Assembly: GCA_964057225.1 (NCBI GenBank)
Contig: OZ059898.1
Span: 13,206,001-13,270,000 of the forward strand
Source: Auanema rhodensis
Taxonomy: Eukaryota; Animalia; Nematoda
Direction: 5' to 3'
DNA: 64,000 nt
Shown here: positions 1-12,955 of the stretch, piece after piece
Numbering within the stretch: the first letter of the stretch is position 1
How the letters are laid out: each line of letters opens with the position of its first letter
Made by a program: the position numbers and the translations under genes
Notes under the pieces: generated by a model
Told to the model about the DNA's origin: nothing
What the model saw: only the letters and a program-made list of their open reading frames with translations
The model's database searches: none

Positions 1-727
1 GCAACTCGTGACTGAATAAAGAAAGTTTAAATCTTCCGTTAAACTGACATAAGGAATGGCTTTTATAGGATCAGGACTTTGAATTGACAGTCAAAAGTCG
101 CAGATCTAAATACAAACAGATGTCAGATGATTTGAAGGGTCAAAGCTGCACAACCAACTCACGCTCTCATGAACGCTTCCTATTCTCTTCATTTTCTTTT
201 AATGAACACTTAAAAAAAGGAGTTAAGAAATTATATGCTAAACAACAAAAACTTTGTATTAAAAGATCAAAGAACTATGCGGGATCTTCTTATTGCGTAC
301 GATGAGATAATTCTTTTAAAACAGATTGCAGATTAAATTTTGAAATTTTATGGTAAAGCATTTATACATTAACATAAACTTCTATAGCAAAACTATTGAA
401 AAGAAAAACAAACAACAACTTTGGTATCGAGATAACTGAAGGACTCACATTGAAAGTACACTAACAATACTGAAAATAAAATTTTGCATTAAATTCACAA
501 CAATAATACCTCATGGGGTAAAAACAAGAGCTATAAAAGATTTGGAGTATACGAAAAATATATCTGCGGGATATAATCACATAAATCCAGGTCATACTTT
601 GATTGAGAAATTGGAAGATAACTCTTGAAAGGATAGAAGAGAACTTTTTCTTTTGTTTTACAAAATTATGAACAAATTGGAGGAATAACACGTAGTGTTT
701 ACAATTTTATGGAAAATACTTATAAAA

Positions 728-1422
728 TTAATGAAGGTTGTGTTTTCTTTTGTATTCCTTCAATATGCCTCGGTCAAAAATGGGTGTGATCATTTTCAAT
801 CCGGCACTATCATAACCCTCATCCACACCGTTTATAAAGTCACTTTCAACTTGCTCTGTGCAAAATGTGTATCCAATCCATCGTACTGCATAATGCCTAA
901 CTCCGTCAACATATCGATGAGAGAAGATATCTTCTACGACATAGCATCTTCCTGTTAAATGTGGTAATTTAGCTGAAATATAGAATTTCATGTTTACCAA
1001 ATCCTGGAGCCAAATATTGGAAATCCCAAAAATGTCGGACATCTAGACCAACAACAGACTGATATTCTTTCAAAGACTTAGGTATCAAGGTCTAGAAGTT
1101 GATGAGTTTCTCGGTTGACAGCTGTTGATGGTTTAGGACTTACAGATACGAGTTCTTCGGGAATATTTTGTTGGACAATTCCTTCTCGATCGAATACGCA
1201 AGTGTATTCCATGTTTCCGTAAGCATCTTCTTGATGACCGACAATCCCAAAAACCTAGAAGTAAAAGTTAACTTTGCTAAAGATTTCAGAAATAATTCGC
1301 TATGTTGCCATTTACATAAAAAAAATGTTTTTAGAATAAGAATATTATTTGGTTTGAATTTGAATTAATAAATAAATAATACCTATAAAACAATTTTTAC
1401 GTCTTACCTGAGGAGGCTCCAT
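728..1422 (-). CDS. Small chromodomain protein (147 aa, 4 exons: 1422-1408, 1254-1144, 1091-998, 951-728)
   Basis: GT-AG splicing gives an open frame: MEPPQVFGIVGHQEDAYGNMEYTCVFDREGIVQQNIPEELVSTLIPKSLKEYQ...CYVVEDIFSHRYVDGVRHYAVRWIGYTFCTEQ...ILKEYKRKHNLH*. The last exon has the chromodomain pattern YxVExI...YxVRWxGY with the Y/W/Y cage residues. Confidence 0.8.
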
Positions 1423-1596
1423 GATGCTATATTAATGTTAAGACTGACAGATAACTAAAACAGAAATAGCTATTATGAAATATTTTATTAATCAAGCTGC
1501 CAAGGCGGTAAATTTTTAAATTTTTAAATTTTACATCAAAATTTTTTTTTTTTTAATGTGAAATCATGGAAAGTACACGTTTGGATTACATGCTTA

Positions 1597-1633
1597 ACGT
1601 GACTACGTGAAAGTGCAAAGTCAGTTCACGTAA
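1597..1633. repeat. Dispersed ACGTG-box element, degenerate copy
   Basis: ACGTGACTACGTGAAAGTGCAAAGTCAGTTCACGTAA; no CGGTTG partner seen. Confidence 0.45.
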
Positions 1634-2839
1634 CGCAACTAGGATAGTTGTATTATCATGAAGCAATTAAGATAGCAATTAATGCTTTGAATGAAATTAA
1701 TAAAATTAACTAAAGGTAAACAACTAAAATATAAAATAATCATCCTATGTAAATTCTTCGGTAATCCGCTAGAATCAGCAAAAGGATTAAATAACGAAGA
1801 TCTACGTACAAGACAAGCAGGATTTCCACTGTGGGAAAAAGGCATTTTTTTCCGAAACAGTGAGATATTGGTGATTACAGCGAGCGATCACAATCACTTT
1901 TGGCCGAATAACTGATCCATACGGCTTTTTAATGAATAAATTCTTAAATACATTCAAAAAACCAACAACACCAGTTAACAAACGGCCTGGCCCGCTCTTT
2001 TTGCGAATAACATGGATACCCTATTCCGTGATTGGTTAGCAGTAATGCCGCTGCATGTTCATTTTGTGAAGACAATTCTCACAATCCACATAGTACTTTG
2101 AGAAGATAAGGAAAGGGAAATGGAGAAGTTAGTATGAGTAAGCATGCATGTGGGAACAAGTGTGTCATCTATTCTCGTGAGGGAACGGTATCAATGGGGA
2201 AACATTTTGGATGAATGTAGATAATGGCAAATGGAGAATACACAAAGAAAACCTAGCGACATATGGTACTCTGCGCATTTCAGTTCAGAATTAGAGCAAC
2301 CCCAAAACGATGTTGCACGTAGAATGTGTTTTCATAAGTAATTGGAAAAGCTGTAGTATTTGATGTGGCTTGAATCAATTAGGATCAATTGTATGCTTGA
2401 TAAATCTTCTGATAAAGCTATATATTTTTGTATTTAAATTTCATTAATTTCATATTAATTTTCTTATTTTGAAATCTAATTGTTGTAACATATGCTGCTG
2501 ATGATTGAAGTTGTTGTGGTGTTAATCTGTTGTATAATCTGAGATATATGATATGATATGATGTTGCATGATTGAATCTATGTATTTGAAAAATGAAACA
2601 AAAATCCCATTATATGTTTATTGCATTGATTATATTGCATCTGTACATTATTATCTGCACAATATATAATAAATATTTTGTTTGGTTGTTGTATGAATGA
2701 AAACAGACGAGGTTATTATGATTGACGAGGAGAGAGAATTTGAGGAAAAAATAAAAAGAGAGATAGGTTACACATAGTATAAGGAGAATTGATTGATAAC
2801 ATTTCTGGAAAATAAATTATCAATATCATGAAGACAGAC

Positions 2840-2871
<32 letters not shown>

Positions 2872-4235
2872 GAAAACAAATAACATGAAGAAAAGAAACG
2901 TTCTCTATCACCAACCCGCTATCGCAAGAAAGTGCTCTGGGTAGCTGATGAGCAGATCTACCGACCTGTAAGGATATGAGAGTTCAAGCTAAGCTTGAGA
3001 TGTCATTACACACCTTACAAGTGGCAAATGCTCTTTCCGATTTACTAAGTTAATAGGCATATGTATTAAAAATATGAATATAAGTAAAAAAAAATAAATA
3101 GGAGATTGAGGTTATAGTTACATACAATTCTTCTACTGTATAACAGCTAGAGAGAATGATAGAGAGAGGGAGAAAAAGAGAAAGATAGTTGTGAGGGCTT
3201 ATATGATATTTATCATATGGTATAGATAGAGAAGAATATTCCTTTTAACTATATGATATAAATTATAATAATGAACAATATAATAAATACAAGGAGAGAA
3301 TTGAGACGTGAAACGAATGCTCCTGAAAGCACCTACTAGGTAGTTCTACCGGTTTTGTTCTATCACTTTTGATGAGAAGACTTCCTCGTCGATATGGATC
3401 TAGGCTTTATGGAGGATGAGAAAAATAAAATTAAAAACAAAAAAAAAAGCTCCAGAATACCCGTCCAAACGACGACTAAGGTGTTAAGTGTTTGAGAGAG
3501 AGGAGGAAGAGGGTCTGGAAATAGTGATATACATGCTTTAAATTCTAAGAATTATGGAAGGGCAACCTCCGAAAGGGAGGAAGTGAGAGGGAGAGAGAGA
3601 GTGAAAGGCTAACGAGAATCGTAGTTTGTTGTTCTGGTATTTGAGTAATAGAAGTGTTGATTAAAGGAAATAAAGGCACTTATAAAATCCAATAAGGACA
3701 CTTCGAATTGAGACACGATGTTTCACAGATAAATTAGTTTGAAAAGGCACAATATGGGAGAATAAGACGTATTGAAAGAAGATTTTCAGTAAAGAAAACA
3801 AATTCCGAAGATCTAAATTTAGAGTACAATATGTATAAATATATATATGTATATAGTGGGATAAGCATATGAAAGAGATTATTGCTATTCACGACACATC
3901 AGTAGTTTCAAGTTGTAATCCAAATTTAGATTATCTTTACGAGAGATATGGAAAGTTTCTGAGTAACTAAGAGAGGAAAAGCACAACCAGCTAAAGAAGA
4001 GAGTGAAAAGCGAAATCTCATTGGACAGATAAACGATTTCTTTGAATGTTCTGGATTCAGAGAGGGATTGAACAAAGAGAGAGAGAAAAGGCTCACAGCC
4101 AAAAAAGACGGTGCAACCGGCATTTACAGTTATTATAAGTCAAAAATGCCAAAACTCGGCTCAAAAAATGTGAAAAAAAAACAAAAATGCTGAATCAACA
4201 GCGTATTTATATGATTAGGAGCTTTTGGTCTGCGA

Positions 4236-7200
4236 TCAACATTGGCTGACCGGCCGATTTCGACAAGTTGTATCTTCACAACAACATACTCGGACGATGC
4301 GACATCCACAACCACTTTGGAGGCAATGAGAGACTTTGATGTCCTGAAATAAGAATATGAGATTGAATCTTAACACGAAAAAGGCAATGTTGATGTTTAA
4401 GCTTAATCTTTAGCAAAAGACTCAGCCAACAACATTCTTCAGATGAAACATACCTCGGCGGTTTGGGAGGCGGCATCTGACTTTTGAGGGGACGGAGCAT
4501 TTGAGGCCATCATTGGACTACTTTGTTGGGGTAACTCCTTTGGCTTGGGAGCAGCAGCTAGGGGCAACTGCTTCTTGGGAGTTGGAGGAGCAGCCACAGG
4601 GGCCATAGGTTGACTTAAAGCTGCCAATGTGGATAACATGTCCATACCGCCAGCAGCTCCGATCATGTTGGCCCATAGTAAGCTCATAGTGTCCTGTTCA
4701 ACATTCATCCAAGGGTTAGCCCTGTAACAACAAAAATTAAAAATCATAAGATGATATTGTAAGTCTTACATTCCGTTGAGCATGTTGGCATGTAAAAGAT
4801 TTGCTGTTTGCTCTGCGGTAGCGGTTTTGGGTTGGGGAGGAACAGCGGCAGTTTGGCGGAATGAAGAATCAACTTTGACATTTGTGAAAAGTGAAGTAGT
4901 ATCAACAAGTCCGAATGACTGAAACAATATGGGATTAACGATGTATTCAGAAGAAGAAAGAAGAAAAAAATCTTAAATTTGAAAAAAAAACTTACTGGAT
5001 CAAGCTCAGTCTTAGGGAACTTTATGAGGTTGTTCATCATGCTATCTGGGAAGACTTGGCTTGTTGGATATTCTTCTTCTTCTTCAATTTTCTGCTGCGT
5101 GTTAACCTTAAGAGGTGACAACAATCCCTCGTGTCCATCGAACATCATCAGTTTTCTCTTTTGTGGGTTCGTTGTTCGAGATCTTGGCTTGCGTGGTTTT
5201 CCAACACGAGAACGAGCAAGTTGAATACTCTTTCTAAGTCCCTCTTTGTTATCGAATGTTACTCCTTTGCTCAAATATTCACAGGCTTGATTAACAAGTT
5301 CACCGGCATCCATATCGGGATTCTCAAGAGCAGCCATGTAGAGTTGAGACTGAAATTGGAAAAAAATTAGATTTTGAAGTGTTGTTGCTGAAAAAAACTG
5401 AAATTCGTTCGAACCCTGAACGCTCATCAATGACATCTGGCCCCTATTTTCAGAAAAGTTGTCAAACTTCTGGCTGACTAACTTGCCCTCAAACAACATG
5501 TCGTTCACGAAATTATTCTTCATCGTGGTCATTCACTCATCTGTCTGTTCGATACGCAGGTCAGATACGATAGAATGGATACAAAGTGCAGTGGCAGTCG
5601 GTGGCAGGGACGACGACGCCAAGAAAGAGGTCAGTAGGCCCGTGACGTCTTATTATTCTGTGCCATTCAACGACCCCGACATCGACTATCGTTTGACGTC
5701 CTTGATCTGTTTTCATGTTGCTACGATGCAACCAGACTGACGAAGACGACGTAGTACCTGAAGACGCGCTTTCTTCGTTTCGGCGCCGCCGATGTCGTAC
5801 ACAGTGTACCGGAATTTCAAAAGTTGTTCCTTTCCTGTTGACCTATCGCCGACTTCTGCAGATGATGTCGTTATTGTTGTTGTTGTTGTTGTTGTTAATG
5901 GTCAAAGCTAGATGAATGGAATACAGCCAGTTAGACTGACTTCCATCATCCGAGTAGATTTCTCGAACAGGAACGACCCGGAGACGGATGTCGCCGTGAA
6001 TATCGCCTTGTCCTCCTCCGACGTCGTCGACATAGAAGCAGCCGTCGTCATCGAACGGTCGCCTCCATCATCATCTGATTTGACGAGCGCTCGTTGTTCA
6101 GCCAAACGAAGAAAAAAGGGAAACGCAAGCGGGGTGTACAGAAGGATATTAAGTATAGCTAATTAGGCCCCTCGGCTACAGCTATTTTGGATAAACAAGG
6201 AGAAAGCCTAGATGGATATACTGGGCAAATAAGTGAGAGTGAAATGTCAGATTGTCAATCGCCGTTTTTCTCTCTCATTTTCTCTCTACCGAGAATGTTT
6301 CCCTGAAGTCTTTCTAGCTCACATTTCTCTTTTTCTTCTTTTTTTTTTCATTGACCATTCCTCTTGTTCTATGTACATGTTCTATTTCTACGAATGACCC
6401 TTTCTTTCCATTCCACAACTCTCCGTGGTCATCGTCTACCTCTTCATCCACAAAACCATATACAGGCATCTTCGCTGACGATGTAGGAAAACGATTAACG
6501 TTGGCCGCGCCTCGTCGTTGTCCAATTGACACCGTGGTCGGCGGCGTTAGTCAGAAAAACGACTGGCAGATAACCTAGATTTGGCCCATAACCCAAAAAG
6601 AGAGAAAGAACGACGAGATGCTGCAGCATTGGGTGGTCAGGACGATGCTAAGATGATGATGATGAACAGCGGTATCGAAACTGTAGGTCGTGAACATTTT
6701 CTCAGAATAGAAAATAACTAGAACTGATGTGAGAAGAATTTGTCGCTTAGATGCTGTAGGCTTCCGTGCGTCATCATAATCAGCTTCACAATGTTTTAAA
6801 ATTCTCAAAATCACGCGTGTAGGAAAGTATGAAAGATGGGCCCGAGTGATCGAAATACTTTATCAGTTTGGAATTCTTGTTCATTGTCATAGGTGAGCTA
6901 GATCAGGTGGCAATCATTTCGAAATATTCTCTGATTTCAGTGGATATCTTTCAGTCATCTGTTGCGATTCAGAAAGTATGCTCTGTTACCAATAGATGGA
7001 AAGATTTAAAAGCCTCAAAGTACAGCACAAGTTCATATCCAATATTCCGTAACAGCTGAGCTTTCATAGGGCATAGTAAAAAAAGTTAGAAATTCAGGTA
7101 TCTATTGAGATAGATACGTTGAAAGAGAGGAATAGGGAGGTCTGCAACTGGACTGGACAGGGCGACGAAGAAGGGAAAAGCTAAACAAGCTTGGAAGCTG

Positions 7201-9064
7201 CTGATAAGATAGCATTCTGCCATCAACTCACTGGCCAATGAAATTTGTTGATAAGGTGTTTCGGATTGCTTGCTGTCGCTTTCAATTGAATGACGACGTC
7301 AATTGTTTGCTCATATAAGGGCAAAAAGAGTCAAACTCATCAGAAGTTAACAGCGATTATGCCATCGTTATGGCCATTTTAGTAGCAAACTACTGATAAC
7401 ATCAGCATGTTATTCAAAGGAATCTGGAGATGATCACAGTAGAAGAGAAGGACGTTTGGTTGAAATTACATTTTCGTCCCCCAATATCTATGAGTTCATA
7501 AAGCGATTGATACTTTGGAAGAGAGAAAGTAATCAAATGACTCCAATGTGCCTTCTCGATTTTCGTTAGAATCAGCAAAGTTCGTTTAACCTGATTCAGA
7601 CAACATAGAGGAGCGTGCTCCCGAAGCAGGAGGAAGATTAATGCTTTTCAGTTTTGACACTCTCGTGTACTCGCAACAGCCCAGGCTGTAATGGCCGGTC
7701 TTTAAATAGGGAACCTGGGCAAGTTAAATGTGATAGTTAGCGACGAGAAGTTCAAAAGCTGGAAGGACATTATGTGAGAAAGTGCTAAAGAATGTTGTAA
7801 ATGATAGAGAAGCAGAGATTACAAGATTGAAAATGAAAGAGAGACGGACTAACAGTTGGTAAATGGTCCTCAGCATAACCTCAGTTCCTTCGAACCTTAT
7901 CACATGGCAAACAGCCCCACGGCTCAAAACTTTTTATCTTTCGTGACACCACCAACTTCCTCTCTTCATACCTCTTGTCTCTTTGTTTCTATAGTTCTGT
8001 TCTTACCTTTGTGTTGTCTATGAAATGTGAAAAACATTGCAAGATAATACTGTGGCAGATGATAGCAGAACTAGAGAAAATGAAGATGAAAACGAGAGAC
8101 ACGATCTTTAGATGCCGTTGTGCATTGACCAATCAAAATCAGCTGACTGCCAGCCAGGTATCAATATTTAAAACGCATCTGGTGGTCATCAACATGGCAA
8201 GCTAGAAAATCGAGTTTTCGAACTATCGTTCCTGCTCGTGCTTGATAGGCAAAACGATAGCTGAGCTCTGATCATCAATATCATAGAAAGTATTGTGATT
8301 AAGACTGCTGGACGCAAAGCCTTGAACTAGAATACGTGAATACGAGCGACTTCTAATGTTTGTTGTTTGAATTTGACCCAATAGTTGTGAAAGATGATGT
8401 TGATTGTTGTAGTTGTGGCTGCGCCGTCACAGACGAAGACCATCATCACCTCCCCCCCCGGGCACTACTAAGTGGTGGCAGGGACGAGATTGTCATTGAT
8501 GAGACAGAGATGAGCGAAATCGCAGAAAATCGTAAGAAAAATTAGGTTACCTTAATGAATTCGAGTTCAGCTACAAGATCTTTGGGTGGATGATTGTGCT
8601 CTCCACGGGTAATGGCGTTTTGATCATCCATCGTCGTCTCGGCACGGCATTTACACCATGTTCCACTATCGGGAATCTTTTTGGCACACACGCAGCGCCA
8701 CGATTTGAAATTACGATCAGGCAAGACCTAAAGTGGAGCATGAGAAAGGTTGAATGAAGAATAAGCATACTTGGTAAATGTTATAACGATATCCCTTATA
8801 CATAAGCTTCTGATAACCTTTGAAGGAGGTAACTAGTTGTGGTACATTTGGATTATAACGTACGAATTGAATCTGAAAAAACAGTTGATGATGAAGAAGT
8901 TTTTGGAAGCAAATTTGGAATTTTTGAATTAAATCTATACGAACTTTCTTCTTCTCCTTTTCTGGTGATGGCGGAATACTGTTTACACTGACAGGAGAGA
9001 TGGCTGATGTCTCAGTCGATGATGACGATAGATCAGACGATCCGGCCTTTTCCAGACCCAACAT
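4236..9064 (-). CDS. peb-1: FLYWCH-type transcription factor, PEB-1 orthologue (7 exons: 9064-8945, 8872-8771, 8727-8551, 5349-4996, 4918-4770, 4721-4454, 4343-4236)
   Basis: The spliced protein starts [27 protein letters not shown]. It has a FLYWCH domain ([22 protein letters not shown]...SWRCVCAKK...CKCRAET...GEHNHPP), then [12 protein letters not shown], and a Cys-rich C-terminus ([23 protein letters not shown]). All of these match my recollection of C. elegans PEB-1. All introns are GT-AG, and a TTCCAG acceptor directly precedes the ATG. Confidence 0.95.
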
Positions 9065-11844
9065 CTGGAAGAAAGTTGATGATAAATTCGAAATGAGAAC
9101 AATAATAAGAAATTATAAGAAAAACAAACAAAAAGAAGCAAAATAAAGTTAAGAAAAATTATCAAATAAGTTGGAAAAGTTTGGAAAGAAAGACAACGAC
9201 TCATTTTACTATGAGATTATAGTTAAGGATTGTAAATCAGCCGAATAACGGGAGTAGCATAGACATCCCAAGAATTATATAAACAATCAGAAATATAGAT
9301 GAATATGTAGAAAGTTTAAGAATATTATTAAGAATATAGTATGGCAGAAGAACAGACAGAGTATATTGTATCTCGACGACGAATTCCTCAGGCTGGCCTG
9401 GATGAAGGTGAAGGGCCAAACACGGAATGAGGACGTCCAAAAGCGAAAGTTGTCGCGGAAAATGGCTGGATATAGTATGTAGGAGAGGGGGTGAAAAGAT
9501 GGGGGGGTGATGGACACACACTGCCCCCGAACGAATAACAGCAAGAACAGATTGAAGAAACTGTAGGAGGAAAGGAGTGCTAGACGACATCGGATAATAA
9601 TGAGATTGGCCGTTGGACGAGAAGAGGAGGACAACCACGACAGGGAGATCGTGGATTGATGGAGGGGGACAGTGGACGACGAAGTAAAGGCAGAATGACG
9701 TCCGGCGAAGATGACGGGAAAGACGTGAACGACTACAAGAACTGACCAGCCCGTGGATGGATAGATGGATAGTTAGGGGAGAGGGTAAAACAAAGATGAT
9801 GATGATGTTGATGATGGTGGAGATGGTGGGGAAGACGACGACAACGACGACGAAGATGACGACGTCAACGAAGAAAAAGAAGATGAAGCGGCCGTATGCG
9901 GTGTCGGCGGCGAAAGGGGGTCGACGACACCCATTTCTAACGACAACGACCAACGGCTTCGTGCAAAAACAGAAGGAAAATTGTGAGAGAGTATGTGAAA
10001 AAGGTGATAGAGAGACACAAACAGCCTTTTCCATATAGGGTCAAAGGGGAGAGGAGTGGAAGAGTATGATGAGAGGCTACGGCTGAGAGAAATGGATAAA
10101 AAGAGAGAGACTGTGAACAGGATAGACTACAGGGCATACAGCGCCTCAGGCAATAAAAGCAAGAGTGACCGACTACTAGGGGGCAAATCGAAAAATTCAT
10201 CTCTCTTTCTTGAATGTTCTCTTTCTCTCTTTTTTTCTCTCATTCTCTCAATTCCGATGGTATTCATCCTCATTCAAAATCTTAATCGGCACAAGCCAGA
10301 CTTCGATCAGCAAAAAAAAACAAGACTACCACTCGATTCAACAACATACACATATAACGCCTAGGGCGGAACTGTGTCGCCGGCCTATTCGACACGGTTC
10401 GGATCCGGGACAGTTGGCTGTTTGGCAATATTGATGACGTCAATGTGCTGAATAAGTGTGTGGAAGGGCTGAGTATGAAAATAATGGAAACGATGCGCAA
10501 CATTACATGGACGATTGGCACAAAACAGCGTCATAGCGGTGATGCAAAAGCATTGATGCTAGCTAGCATTATGAAGCAAATGGATGATATGCGGAAATGA
10601 AACATACTCAGCCACATTTTCTTTAAGTTTTAAAGAGAAAAAAAACGAATCAGATGAGTAGAAAACGTTTTGTCAGAGAGGCAGTTTCCAATGAAAAACT
10701 GCTTTTGTTCGGAAAAAATAGCGAACGGCACAATGATGATCACGAGAGCAACAGGTGTAGAGGACAAGGAACGTCATGAACGAGCTAGCTGATGATGCTG
10801 TTAGCGCATTCAGATTGTGAAGCATGAGGACGAAGAAACAAAAGATTGTTCAACGATAATATTTAAATGAAAATCGGATGAACTAGTTGAAGTTTGAAAC
10901 GGCCAATGATTTGTGTTGTGGAAGAAGGAAAAGGTAAACGGCGGTGTCGTAGTTGATGTACAGGAGGAGGAGAGTGATAAGCGCTTAACCAAGCCACGAG
11001 ATTCAAATAAAACGAAAGGCTGAGTGGCAGACGAATAAGGGCAAGCTACAGTTCGGTATTGAATAGCAGATTCTTGTTTAAGCATGAAATGAGTATGCAA
11101 CAACGATGTGATAGCAGGAATATGGAAGAGAGTCAGAGGTGTATGGAGTTGGAAAGTGATGTGACATGATGGGGAAGAGATCAGTCATTGCTGATGCTAT
11201 GTGTGGCAAAGTGTTCCGTAGCTTATCAGTACGTCCAGGACACAGCCAATGTGATTAGGCTGGTAGCTGAAGGGTTATGAGAGAAGATACAAAGAAGGAG
11301 TGTCCTACCTTGAGTCATAGACTAGGGACACGAACTAGTGCTCTTATAATTTGGTTCAGCTCTCTATCTCGATCATCTCAATTTGCTATAATCTATCAAA
11401 CTGATCACTTGGCTGTCTACAAGTTTTGAAATTGTTCTTTTGAATGTTGTGTGGCACGTCGATGTGAGAGGGAAACGAGAGTGAACAAGAGTATGAAAGA
11501 GAGAAAGACAGAGAGAGATACATCTGATGAGTGAAAAAGAAAACGATAGATAGAGTGCGAAGCCAGCCACAGAAACAGCAGTAAGAGATCAGAGCTCGGA
11601 AAGAGATCTGGCTTAGAGCCATGGTGCGCCTGCTTGTTAGGTCTGTCTATTGCTCACTCTTGATCTTTTCCTGTTTCTCAGCTTTTGCCTGTCTTAGCCT
11701 ACTCTTCTCTGTCCAGCCTGAACATTCTTGAGGGCATAGTGACGTTACGTGTGTTGGTTGATTACTTGGCTGGCTTGCTGATGACAATCAGCTGATAGCT
11801 AACAGGCTGATAACGACGGCAGACCATGCGCCCCTCCTCTCAAA

Positions 11845-11951
11845 GTATATATAAGGCAGTTTCTTTGTAAAAGTTCTTACTTTCTGATAACTTTCAGACT
11901 GTTCGAATGGAAAAACAATCCAGAGTTGTTATCTGGTGCAAATCATCTAAG
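11845..11951 (+). promoter_or_regulatory. TATA box + acceptor + ATG + donor: candidate first exon of an unannotated + strand transcript
   Basis: GTATATATAAGG at 11845-11856, CTTTCAG at 11891-11897, ATG at 11907, 15 codons (MEKQSRVVIWCKSSK), then AAG|GTGAGA donor. Confidence 0.35.
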
Positions 11952-12877
11952 GTGAGATGACACAGAAAAATAGAAAGGAAAAGGGAAAAAAAAACGTGGC
12001 CGGAGGGGATATGAATCTGCAAATGTCGTCCTATCTTCTGCTTTGTATTGTTGATCATATGAACACTCGTCTGTAGAATGGAGTGAGATGTACATGTGTG
12101 ATTGAACTATCAAGAGATGCCACAAGGCTAATGATGATGCACTCCAGCCAGCTGACTGATCTGATCTGATCACCTTTGACCTTCAGCTGTTGGAATCCAA
12201 TCAAATGATAACAATATCCAATGAATGCAAAAGATTTTTGTTTTTTCAGAGAAGTAATAACTTGACTTTTTGAATGACTTCTTATCCCGGAGTAGGGAGA
12301 GAAACAGATTCCCAGGCCTAAGGATGGATGAGAGGGAAGTGTATAATACAGAGAAGATGTGATGAAATGAAGATATATAAAGTAAAAGAGATGAGAGAGA
12401 GAGAGAGAGAAAGAGAAGGCAGAAAGAGTTCGGTGTCGGGTAGTTATGGGCTGGTGCTATGGTTGTGGCCCTAATAGGGGACACGCCGACGGTCACCACC
12501 GTGCGCACGCCAACCAGTTTCACTTGGCACAGATTTGGACGACGAAAAACAAGCCGCCAGAGATGCTGAAACGGACGATGAGATTTTCGATGAGCAGGAC
12601 TTGAGTTGGTTTATGGAACAGGCAGATAGGTTATGGCGTCAAATGTTGAATAGACTATTCGGCTGGCCATTTGACTACATGAATAATCTCAGGTTTTGGC
12701 CTTTACATGTGCGATGAGGATGGTATTGCTAAGGCTCGAGAAGCCGCTTGTCCTTTGTCAACAAAGAGAAAATGGCCAAAAAGATGTGTGAGCCAGGCTA
12801 AAAGATAAAACGATATGAAAGAAAGAAGTACGGAGAATGGGAAGACAAAATAAAAAGAATAGTGAGGTAGTTTAAGG

Positions 12878-12955
12878 AGAAGTAGAAGTAGAAGGAGAAG
12901 AAGGAGAAGAAGGAGAAGAAGAAGACGAAGACGAAGACGAAGACGAAGGCGACGA
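12878..12955 (+). repeat. Compound purine-rich simple repeat (GAAGTA/GAAGAAGGA/GAAGAC)n
   Basis: Tandem units are directly visible. Confidence 0.85.

Noticed and set aside
1-630. Possible + strand exons of a gene entering from the left edge (acceptors near 68, 387, 590)
   Set aside because: No consistent spliced frame or recognisable domain could be built.
9237-10364. Long ORFs (265 aa and others) upstream of peb-1
   Set aside because: Low-complexity products of purine/pyrimidine-skewed DNA with no splice-supported structure.
10396-10406. GGTTCGGATCC resembling a tRNA B box; also hairpin plus CTAG resembling a Helitron end
   Set aside because: No cloverleaf or A box. CTAG spacing and the following base do not fit a Helitron end.
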